A stretch of DNA of 64,000 nucleotides from the NCBI GenBank assembly GCA_051294905.1, contig CM119378.1:3846001-3910000 (forward strand), in the 5' to 3' direction. Under the pieces are notes generated by a model. That model had not been told where the DNA came from. It ran no database searches and saw nothing but the letters and a program-made list of their open reading frames with translations. Every line of letters begins with the position of its first letter. Position 1 is the first letter of the stretch. The stretch is from Botryllus schlosseri (Eukaryota). The position numbers and the translations under genes were made by a program. This document shows positions 11,329-22,413 of the stretch, one piece after another.

Positions 11329-13877
11329 TGTTACATAATATCAAGTGGTCTGGTTATTTCACCAAGCTAAGAATTGCACAGACAAAGTTAAATCCAGAAG
11401 CGTGATCCGACGTTATTCACAGTGATAAGCTGTCGACGGCAGCATAGCGAGAAAAAGTAATAGCTACGCCCGTTGTTCAGGCTTTAACACATATATATGC
11501 ATATATATGTAGGATATGTATATTGTCGGCAGGAATTTAGTAAACAAGAGATTCTGGTGTTTTAACTAAAGGATTGTTCTCCGTAAGCTGTCATAGGCTA
11601 GGCTTACCATACGTCCTCTTTTAAGAGGATTTGTCCTCTTTTTTGACTTTTTTGAAAGTGTCCTCGGAGGACGCCCTTTTGTCCTCTTTTTTGAGATTTT
11701 GTCCTCTTTTTTGAAAATTTAGGTCAGATTTAGAGCAAATGGCGAGAGACATGCCGCAAATCAGCACGGAAGTGACGCTCTGGCGGTATGTCGGAGAGAA
11801 AAAACGGTGATTTTAGCTTAGAGCGAAAAGATGACCTTATTTTTTTTTTTTTTAAGTCATCTACCTGGCAATGTGGAGAGCAAAACGGTATTTTGAGATC
11901 TGAGCGCGGGAATGACCTTTTTTTTTTTTTTTTTCTTTAGTCAACAGATCGCAGAGTGGGAAAAATTCACCGTTTTTTTTGATAATTCTTCCCGGTTTTG
12001 CAAGTCTGAAATTTCTGAAAAAGTGTCCTCTTTTTAGATTTCCAAAATATGGTAAGCCTATCATAGGCGGCCTTGACTCCACCGACAAGAATTCAAAGTT
12101 TGGGTGTATTGTAATAATTTTAGAAACCTTTGTGTATAAATGCAACGTACACTGCAACATTTATTAAAATTAAGTGCAACTTTCACCATTTTAGTACAAC
12201 AAAAACTTGCCCTAGCGATTAATGCAATTCCGCATAAACAGGTCAGCATTTATAATACCTGGTATAAATCAAGAGCCATTTTCACACGGATTCCGATAAT
12301 CCTAATATTAATAATGTCAGAGCATATAGACCTCAGAATCGCCAAGAAATGTGAAATTCGGCATTGCTGTAGTGATAGCGTAGAGAAACAATAATCATTT
12401 GAGGTGCAGATCAATCTGCCTTGCTTCGTCGGTTGTTTGCTAACATTCTGACTTTCGTAGCGCGTAGGTTAGTTATCTACAGTGAAGCAAAGCGCGATCG
12501 ACTTCGCAAACCGACGGTATTATAAACGAATGCAAACATTTACATTACATTCGATAGTATCATGGAGTTGCGACAGCCAACGTGTAATGCAGAGAGGAAA
12601 TAATTTCCTTTACCGATGTAGATGTTACGTATTTTCCCTCAATACCTAACTTCAAATGGGGAGATATAGTTGTTTCTCATAGCCTGCGTGCGAAGAATGC
12701 TAATGAGATATGAAATAACAAGTAGCTAGGTCTGCTAGGATATTGGTATTATTCTTGCTGGCGGCGAGGGTGACCTGACATCGATTCCCTGTCGGTCTAG
12801 GAGGTTTAACTATTTTACGGGTTTTAATTATTCAGATATCTTTATACAATTGTAAACAACAAGTACGGAAAATAATTTTGATAAAGCTAACACATCTAAG
12901 CAGAAAGATACACCTGGGAAAAATCGTAAGCGCAAATATATATATACGTTCAGGACGGGTTTATTGCTGGGATAGGCCAGTTGGTCAATTTGGAAGCATT
13001 CTCATTCAGGTAGGACCGACAGCGTTGCACGCTGTCTGACCCTATCTTTGTCAGCGTAAATTTTAGGCCACGCGACTCCTTTACAAACTGGCAGAAACGG
13101 ATTCTGATTCACGAGATAGAATGGAGAATTTAGAAGAAAATGGCTGGAATGTGAAACGCAAAATATCGCAGGTCCGGTCGCCCGCTATTTCACGGATATC
13201 TTACCGTTTTTCAATTTGATGGATACATCTTCTACAGTCGATAGAAGGCTTCATCTCGGAACTGCAGTCGCGAAAGAAATGTCTGATCGAGGAAGTAGAC
13301 GCGTTGGTGGCCATGGAAAGCAACCACAAGCGCAAGGTTCGGCAAACTATAACAGTGAGTGAATCCACGAAAAAAAAGCCATCGGTGACGCTGCAAATAA
13401 CAAAAACCTTCTCAGTTCACGACTGGTGACGAAAATCTCTTGCATTTCGCAATACGCAATTTCGGTGTCGTTTCCGCGCATCTGCAGCTCACATTGGGGG
13501 GTGACTTGACCCCGGAAAGGGTCTCAAGTGGCACGACTGGCGGCCCGCGGGCATCAGGTTTGCTCGGATTTTTTTTTTGTATACTTAAATAGATTTTGTT
13601 CATAATAGCAAGCATCGTGGAAGCATTAACGCTATATCCTGAATTGTTAATAGAATGATGCCGCGATTAGCTAATGCTACAGGGACGCCTGTTTTTTTTT
13701 TTTATCGCAGTGAAAATATGTCGTTATAGCTGACCTTGTGGCATGTCATGCACGCACGTGGCACACCACTATCGGTCAGAGGGGTCGGTGACGAAGTACT
13801 TGATCACAGATCCTCCCTTATCTAGAAAAGTCGAGATACATTTTCACCCATTTGCATTCTTTGGAACGATTCTATAG
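11329..13877. repeat. Unclassified ~2.1-kb dispersed repeat, copy A (carries a 462-bp MITE)
   Basis: Colinear with 34448-36568 and 62840-64000; partial copies at 30255-30550 and 32367-32939. Confidence 0.9.
11599..12060. mobile_element. hAT MITE (TAGGCTTACCATA TIR, GTCCTCTTTT subterminal repeats)
   Basis: Perfect TSD TCATAGGC. The empty site is visible in other copies of the host repeat (~30500, ~32687, ~34768). Confidence 0.93.
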
Positions 13878-14031
13878 TTTTTGAATGGATTTTGAAAGTA
13901 GTCAAAATTTTGAGAAAATGAACTATGTTGTGCAATCTCATAGAACTAATATTATTCATAAAGCTGTTAAGCAGCAGAACGCAAGCAGAGCAACGCAGTA
14001 AATTGTCGCCAGACACTAGCTTTATCAACAC

Positions 14032-14565
14032 CAGGGCTGGGTACAATGATTCGAGTACTCGAATCTGAATTGAGTAATAATTTTAATGATTCGAGTTGAG
14101 TAGTAAAATACGATTTTTTCGAGTACCGCTACTGAAATTATACGTTCCTTACCTCTTAAAGTTAAACTATCAACGAGAATTATAGTTTCGATCCTAATTT
14201 TCACTGTTGGAGCCTTGAAACCTTGATTGGCGGTATTGTAGCATTCGAAACATATAGTACAAAGCTATGAAGGTTACTGTACGTACGGTAGCACATTTCC
14301 GAAGTCATGATTATCCCACAACATTGTCACCAAGTGGGTTGAAATCGGTATTGTTGAAAAAATACCAAAGTATTTTTTATTTGATGGATAACAGACATTC
14401 TATTCTTTGTGGTGGCATAAACGGCACATAGGCTATTTGAACTTTGACGTGATACATTCTGTTATGACGTCATAATGAGTGATACTCGATTACTCGACTC
14501 AAAGCATATTACCATTATTACGTGTTTCAGAATCGAATCACCTAAGGTACTCGATTTTGTCCGGC
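14032..14565. mobile_element. hAT-like MITE (AGGGCTGGG TIR family) with a degenerate right end
   Basis: Inverted homologue of 14721-15137. Confidence 0.75.
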
Positions 14566-14720
14566 GTCATTGATGGTTCAGTCAAGTCAATCGATTTTTG
14601 AAGGTGACTCGAGTCAAGTCGTCTTTTTGAAGCACGAGGTGTCATTGCATTCGCCTTCGAGGACCGCATTTAGAATTAGATAGACATACAAAAAGGTGTT
14701 CGTTTTGTATACCACACGCA

Positions 14721-15137
14721 TAGGGCTGGGCAAAATCTAGTACCTAAGTGATTCGATTCTGAATCACGAATTACGCGTCGAGTCGAGTATTCGAGTAAAC
14801 TCATTATGACGTCACAACAGACTGTACTATGCCAAAGTTCAAATGTGTAAACGTTGTGGGATGATCAATGATCATGACTTCAGAAATGTGTTATTTCCAG
14901 TAACGTTTGTAGCTTTGTACTATGTCTCGTATGCCGCGACACAGCCAATCAATGTTTCAAGGCTTCCTCAATGGGAAATAGTGTCAAAACTATAATTCTC
15001 GTTACTAAATTAACTTTCAGTTGCGAGGAGCGTATAATTTCAGTACTCGAGAAAATTGTCTTTTACTACTCGACTCGAATCATTAAAATCAATACCCAAT
15101 TCAGATTCGAGTACTCGAATCATTGTACCCAGCCCTA
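14721..15137. mobile_element. hAT-like MITE (TAGGGCTGGG TIR)
   Basis: TIR pair; TSD CACACGCA / CCCACGCA. Confidence 0.85.
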
Positions 15138-15324
15138 CCCACGCATGCATGGAATTGCTAAACTACGTAAGTAACTGTAGGCCTACAGCTACATGTAGCT
15201 AATCCTTCCGTCTATAATTATCCGTCAAAATAGGGGATAGAATACGAGACTCCAGATAGTAGAAACAAATTGATATGATGCATATCCACGGGATACAATT
15301 TAAGCCTGCGCCAATGGTTGACGA

Positions 15325-17085
15325 GTTGTTGTTGTTGTTGTTGTTTATTAAACACAAAGATGTGGCGCTTATCGTCTAACGGCCTTTTGCACCACGGTCA
15401 AAGACATAAAGGATACGATACGAGGCGGTCGTATGAAATGATGACGGATATCAGAATGGAGTAAAAACGATCAAATAACAGAAGAGCCTAAAACACTGAA
15501 GTTACAAATAGCGGTTACACGATATAACAAATTCAACTACATACGGAATTATACGAGAATCAATGAGTGAATCAGTGATACAAAAATTAACTTCCAATTG
15601 CGCACATTTATCGGTAAGAAATTTGCGATGAAAATCATATCTTGGACAACTAATTATAAAATGATCCACGGTTCCTGGATAACGACAGTGAATACAAAAA
15701 GGAGAATCAATCATTTCAATTTAAACAAATGGTTATTCAGACGACAGATGCCGGACTGTAGACGAAAAATAATATTTTCTTCCAGACCAGGGGTCGGGAA
15801 CGTTTTTCGACCGAAGAGCCAAATTGGCTCAATATTTTCAACTGTATCTCCCAAAGAGCCATAAAATGTCAATCAACTGTTACGTCACAATTGAAAATTC
15901 GTGACGTATTGGTACCACTAATATATGGGATTCGTAGTGTGCGCCATATTTTCTGCCCACACGCGTAGGTTGAGCCAAACATGGTCACTACAGCTACAGC
16001 AGTACATACCCACTGCAGGGTGTGATACGACACCGATGTAGCGTTAGGGAGTGCAAGTGAGACAGTTCCTCACATGTTGTCAGGGATGAGTGTGGAAAAA
16101 TTGTGAAACCTTCAATGATTATTATTGGTATTTTTATCGATGTTAATGAATGATTAGATTTTAAACATTTCTATTCCCAAAATCACGGAATTTTCATATT
16201 TATTGTTCTGAAATAAAGCACGAAAGGAGAGATAAGTCACAGTTGAGGCACACGGGCCAAGCCTCACCTGTGATAGCGCAACTGATTGTAAATACCTTGG
16301 AATCTATCATCCCTGATACTATTCAAATAAAATTGTCTGGCTGATTCCGAAAATCTAAATATTGATCGATTTCTTAAGTATTCGGCATAACAGCATAACG
16401 CTACAACGCTACACACCTATACATACGGTTCTAGAAAGCTACTGACGTTATCAACTAAGAACTTGGATAGCTATTGCATGTAATTTTAATTTGTAACTGT
16501 TATAATCACTTCCAAGGAAGTTTATGTATCAGCGTAGATCAGGAAGGAAATATGTATATGAAAACTGCATTGTCTTACAAGCGTCGCCATGTCAAGGTAT
16601 CAATCAAGGTATCGTGCATTCGAGGCGCGCGATGGCGGGTAGATCGAATTCGCCAGTCGTGCTCGTCGCTGACGCGACTTCAACTTAAATTTGAGTTTTT
16701 TGACAAGGGGTACGAACCCCGAAACCTGGTTACCCCACTGTCTTGACCTCTACAAGACATGCTAATGCTGCCATGAGAATAATTATTCGGGCCGTAAAGA
16801 AAATTTACTAACAAGTTGTTGCAATATTGATAAATTAGGTACAAAAGAAAAATTTGTCAAAGAGCCATATCTTATACCCAAAAGAGCCATATATGGCTCG
16901 CGAGCCATCGGTTCCCGGCCACTGTTCTAGACGATTTCTACGTAAAGGAGGTTTATTCAAAATGAAAGAGGTAACATTTTTATAATCATGACCGTTGGTG
17001 GACGTTCGGAATTCTTGGTCCCATAGATTCAAGCAGTGCTGTAGGATAATCTTCCGCAAAAAGGTCGACGAGAAATATAAACTAT
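15325..17085 (-). mobile_element. 5'-truncated I-group-like LINE 3' end (CCHC knuckle, (CAA)n tail), split by a MITE
   Basis: Removing 15788-16924 restores WDQEFRTSTNG...RRNRLEENIIFRLQSGICRLNNHLFKLK/MIDSPFCIHCRYPGTVDHFIISCPRY (one frameshift). AATAAA plus (CAA)n tail at 15325-15350 on the minus strand. Confidence 0.85.
15788..16924. mobile_element. hAT (Buster/Charlie-type) MITE
   Basis: CAGGGGTCGGGAAC ... GTTCCCGGCCACTG; TSD TTCCAGAC / TTCTAGAC; GAGCC subterminal motifs. Confidence 0.9.
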
Positions 17086-17463
17086 AATCGAATTCAATTT
17101 AAATCATACAAGAAGTTTGGTTAAGGCGAGCAGGGCACCAATGGTTATAGCAGTGCTCTTTAACCTTTTTCGTCGTGGGGCATCCTTTCAATAAATACGA
17201 AATTTTCAAAGTGTACAGTAGTAACTAGTAATGAACCTTTATGGTACACTCTGGTATACTTGTCGCGCACTGGAGAGGTTTCACAACTACGCCACAACAA
17301 GTTTAAGTGAAGTCCGCACCAATATATGTCTATAAAGAACACTGGCATGTACCGTTATTTGCTTTGAACTGGTAGTTCCGTAACATTTATATCATAGAAC
17401 TAAATAAGTATGTGTACTTTCAGTATTATCTCATAACGCTAGCTGATTAACATCACAGGATCA

Positions 17464-20400
17464 ATGGCAGAACGGGGTCAAGATAAAAATTCCGGTGTTG
17501 CTGATGTCATGCCTATGTTAATATCACCCGGTACAAGCGTTTAGTAATGCATGTACTTGATATTCATACCAATATTTTCCGTATGAACCGTTGTCAGTTT
17601 AGCGAATACGACATATTTCGCTCGCTGCGTCGATAAAAAACCGAATGGTTTCGAAAATTATGAAAGAATTGATAATATTTCACGATAATGTATGGAACCT
17701 CGCACGCATTATAATAATCATGTTTGTCTTAGGATGTGCTACTTTGGCCGAAGGTGAGAATGCCAATCAAAACTTCACAAAGAGCTCGGTTAGCGTCGTG
17801 GCCGGAGATCAGATCAATGTCGTCTACAACATCACCGGTTCTGAAGGAAAAGCAAGTCCCGCAAACCAAGGTGAGTGTGTTGCTATTTTGCTCAATACGG
17901 GGCTTCAACTGGAGAGAATTGTATACTTCAGTGCTTTTCGGCCTTTTTGAGCAGCATCCGCAAATTCTTTTTATCCGCACAAACCATCCGAAAATTGTTG
18001 CACAAAAAGAAAATGGATGTTTTGTTCAGTTGCACAACAAGTAGGCTACCGGATTAGGCCATCAAGTGTATCATTATAAAGTCAAGAAATCTTTTCCCTC
18101 GTTTTTATTTCAACTATAGTGTGCTTATCCGTCTACGGCCAAATAAGTATTCGTTTTTTTTACAAGAGCTTCTATTGCTTGGAGGACCAGGACTTTGCAA
18201 CATCCAGCAATACTCTTTTAAATAAAGCTTATTAGTCGTGAGTGAAAAAAGCGTGCTGGCAGATATCCTTTTTGAGAGTACGACACAAAGGTCCTGGAGG
18301 CTCGAGTTGGCCGAAGGGGTGCCTAATCCACACGCTTATTTTAATGCGTCTGCCTGATGTCTTGACAAATAAGTTCTAAAGCTATCAAGGAGAGTAGGCA
18401 TTAGAGCTCGCTGCCTTGTGATTAGCTGCTCCGACTTGTGATTTATCTTATTTCCTTATTTCCTGTCTCGCGGGTAAATGAGAAGAGCAAAGAAAAATCA
18501 CCGAATATATCTTGGTAATTATGATTAACACATGGAGTCCATAGAATGTCCATAGAATGTCTCGAAATGTTATACAGTAAATGACAACCCGACAGGACAT
18601 GTGGTGTAATATAATATGAGTAATGTGTATGGTGTGAAATATCGATGGGAAGGAATACATATATATATATAATATATATATGTGTGTGTGTGTGTGTGTG
18701 GTCCAGGTCAGGCTAATCAAATTTTCAGTTGGTCCTGCAAGTTCGCAATAAATTACTTGGGTAATTTTTTATATTATAACTTATTTCTTAGAGTGTATAG
18801 GCACTACTAATCCCAGTAAATATCTGATTATACAAGGGGGGATATCAGGTAATCCTGTTTCTTGGCTTTGTTGAAACTATTTATTATATCATTGATTGTT
18901 ATTTTCGAGAAGTTATTCCATACACCGGTTATTGTAAATAAATAATCCTTGCATACTGCATAGTGGTTGTAATTTTAAAATGGTGAGGGAAAGGTGCATA
19001 ATATTATTTGAAAACTATCACGAAGATCAAAAAATTAATTTGCGATGAATTCAAAATCATTTGGAGTATGCGACTGAGTAACCAAAATAATAATAACTAA
19101 CATCAAGTGTCATGATCATAGCTTATCACTAGGGCGATTTTTTTGACATATCAAAATTTGTCCAAATTTTGTAAAACATTGTAGCGTTAGGTCAAAATTT
19201 GTCAAAATTATTCACAAAGTCAAAATTTTTTTGACGTCTGCATTTCGTTTTTATCGTAGATTTTGCACTGTCGGTGAACTTATCATTTGATATTTTACAG
19301 CTTGTAGCCTACTTTATAGGCCTACCGTTATAAACGGCCAATTGTCCGCTCATTGTCAATCATAAACGGTCAAATAAAACAAATAGTTAGACATGGTGTT
19401 ATGGTCAACGTACCGCAATATCTTAACTGAAGAAAGACTTCTTGGGCATTGCATCATTCTTATATTAAGTAGCGGCAAGCTTCTTAGTAAGGACATGCAC
19501 TTTCTACCCAAGAATGTAGGAAAGTATCTCTCGTTGTACTACAACAAATTTTAATTATTTCTACCATAATACGTATTGTAACTACTGGAATTCTTCATAT
19601 AGGGCCAGGTTTCGTTAAAATATTAGTTTTTTCATGTAAAAATTTGTCAGTTTCTAAGCCAAAAACGTTTTTTTCAGGCCAAACTACTTCGTTAGGACAG
19701 CCAGTTCCAACCAGAAATAAGTGGTATTATTTCAACATAATGTGGGAAAACACCTAATTTGTATACGTCAAGTCAAAACTTAGTCAAAATTCAGTTTGTT
19801 TAGGTCGAAAAAAGTCAAAATTTTGATTTTTTGGTCAAAATTCTTCTTTTTTAGGTCGACCTACTTATCACCTGTCGTCCTTAAAAGACACCTGCAGTAT
19901 CGGTACCCAGAGTTTGATAAAGTAGCCAAGAAAGCTACTCGAGTAGAAATAGAAGTAGCGACGATAAAAATCTACTCAAGTACGAGTAAAAGTACTTCTT
20001 CCATAACCAACCTAAAAGTACTTGAAGTAGAAGTAGGATTGACTGACGTTAAATATGCTCAAGTAAGTAACTAGATGTGAAAACGATCGTACTTCGTTCG
20101 TATGGATTGCCAAAAGCTGCTAATTGAGCTATGCGAAAGGTGCAGAGATTAATACATATTGATGCATACAAGGAGGTATCCAATTTTCGACAGAGTAAGC
20201 ATTCGTCCGCACCATGGGATGAAAATGATAGTATTGATATGGAAATGCGATGCTAATCCTCTGTTTACTTCAACAGCCTGTTTTAGAAAATATCATGGTA
20301 TGGCACCCTCCCTCATATTATAAGGCTTGTAGTTTAGTCGAAGAGCAATACGGAGAAGTTGTATCGGACACGGTGTACACACTTGCGCGATTAGTAAACG

Positions 20401-22339
20401 TTAATAAAAAAAATGGTGGATCGTAAAAATGCGATATTGTGTAGCTTTATTTCCGGAAATTAAATGCATTCGTACACTTGCTTTTATACTTCAACATTTA
20501 TGTTCTCCAGACAAAAGAACTGAAATTAATTAGAACTCAAGGTATGATACTGGAAATTGGAAGAGAAATAGAAAAAAATCGGAAATATATTTCACGTCTT
20601 TTGTCCAGAAAGATCGACTGCTAAAACAGGCGTAACGTTAAAAAAAGCCGGAATCCACTTTTCCATATTAGGACACGCTAGATTACGATGTGATAGACAA
20701 TTGCTAGATTGCGAAACGGTAGTTTCAAGCGTTATGATGGGCCATGTTTACTGTGATGAAACATTTGAAATGGGCGATACTTTTGTGAAAACATGTATTT
20801 GACACTCCAAAAATACTGTGCGCGAAGCGCAACAAAAGTTCTGGGCTTTACTTGACTTTTATAAAAATTAAATGTTGGTACTCCTTGAAAACAGCCCCGA
20901 AATTCGTTAGGCTATCTTTCTTATTGGAGGATTAAACTACTTCTACTTGACAAACTGATAGTAGCAAAAAGTGAGTAAGTAGATCACAAGATACTACGAA
21001 GTAAAAGTAGCGAAAATCAGATCTACATGTGTAAGTACTAAAATTAGAGGAAAACTACTTGAGTACTTCGAAAAAGTAGAAGTACTTCGTTACTGACCAC
21101 CTCTGGGTATTCGATACCTCTACTCCGATCGTTCCCATACTGGGATGGCGTTATGATAGTACATATGGTATAATGTGACGTTAAGGTTGCGTTATGAACC
21201 ACTGTTCCATAGCAAAACAAATCCGCTCAAAACGACAGCCTGCGGAAAAATCGGAAGCGACAGAAGCCTTGCAGCGGTATCGAAACAAAGGAAAAGTGAA
21301 AAAGTGATTCGTTTTAGTTCCGCCGTAAAGCCTGAAATCAAAACGTTGAAATGAAATCTATTGGCAGGTATTTCGGGATGAAGGGCAATGACGAAGGACA
21401 GTTCATTGGTCCACATGGCATTTCCTCAACGGTCTCTGACGATATCGTGGTCGCAGATTGCGACAACAATCGGATTCAGGTTCGTTGTTTTGTTTCAACA
21501 ACTGTTGTATGCCTCAACATTCGTGCTTCAAGATCTTCGACGTGAACGGACAAGTGAAGGGGGTATTCGGGAGCTACGGAATGTCAGAAGGTCAATTCGA
21601 TGACGTGCTTGACGTGTGTGTGACGTCACGTGGGTGGATTGTCGCCTCAGATCATGGCAATCATCGAATCCAAATATTCGACGAACAAGGGAGATTCGTT
21701 CGGGAGTTCGGTAGCAGAGGATCAGGTGACGTGTGCGTGACGTCACAGTGGTCGGTGATGGTGACGTCGATTTCGGTTCAGGTGATGGACAACTGGACCG
21801 ACCTGGAGGAGTGGCAACGGACGACAAGGGTCTAATTTACGTTTGTGACTGCAACAATTGCCGAGTTCAAGTCTTCTCGGAGGAGGGAAAGTTCGTTCGG
21901 AAGTTCGGTTCTGTCGAAAAGCGTTTCCAAAGACCGAATTTTCTTTCCGTGACTTCAAACGGCAGAGTACGTGAGTCGTCAGTTCCATTTGAACTCTCGT
22001 GACCTTTGATACTTTTCGCAGGTGGTCGTCAGTGACTCCAACAATCACAGAGTTGTGGTTTGCGATTCGTTCGGCCGCCATCTTGTCCAGGTCGGAACGA
22101 ACGGGTCTCAGTTCAAGAGACCGCGAGGTGTCGCCACAGATGATCACGGCAACATTATCGTCGTTGACAGCGGCAACCACCGGATTCAGGTCTTTACAAG
22201 CGACGGAGAGTTCGTGTCTTGCCTCGGTAGCGAGGGTTCTAAGCCTGGACAGATGAAGAAACCGCAAGGAGTTTGCGTTTTGTCAGACGGAGGAATCGTG
22301 GTCAGTGACTGGGGCAGCAACAGAATACAAATCTTTTGA
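17464..22339 (+). CDS. Full model of the NHL-repeat gene: ~367 aa, or ~369-374 aa if initiated at 17660/17645
   Basis: Exon 17733-17870 (ttag acceptor, strong AG|GTGAGT donor, phase 1) splices in frame to 21213. Upstream, either exon 17464-17530 (MAERGQDKNSGVADVMPMLISP, phase 1) or in-frame read-in from ATG 17645/17660. The 3.3-kb intron is largely two MITEs. Additional missed exons cannot be excluded. Confidence 0.6.
19130..19863. mobile_element. hAT-like MITE in the NHL-gene intron
   Basis: TAGGGCGA ... TCGACCTA; perfect TSD CTTATCAC; GTCAAAA subterminal repeats. Confidence 0.85.
19908..21105. mobile_element. MITE with AGTA/GTAGAA subterminal repeats (CAGAG termini); other copies 26738-27969 and inverted partial ~29730-30095
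   Basis: CAGAGTTTGAT ... ACTGACCACCTCTG; colinear with the second copy. No clean TSD. Confidence 0.8.
21213..22339 (+). CDS. NHL-repeat beta-propeller (six repeats, similar to TRIM2/3/71-type NHL domains): 3' five exons
   Basis: Exons 21213-21303, 21368-21479, 21533-21725, 21782-21966, 22022-22339 joined by 64, 53, 56 and 55 bp GT-AG introns in one open frame. Six repeats of F-G-x-x-G...F-x-x-P-x-G-V...I-x-V-x-D-x-x-N-x-R-I-Q-x-F, ending SDWGSNRIQIF*. Confidence 0.93.
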
Positions 22340-22413
22340 CAAACCAGATTCGAACGGGACATATTCCAATTCCAAGTTCTATTTGTTCACGTTTTCGAGC
22401 AATAGTTTTAAGT

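Noticed and set aside
21743..22267. Antisense ORFs over NHL exons (also 38770-39177 and 4611-5027 over calumenin exons)
   Set aside because: Shadow frames of real coding exons with no independent protein features.
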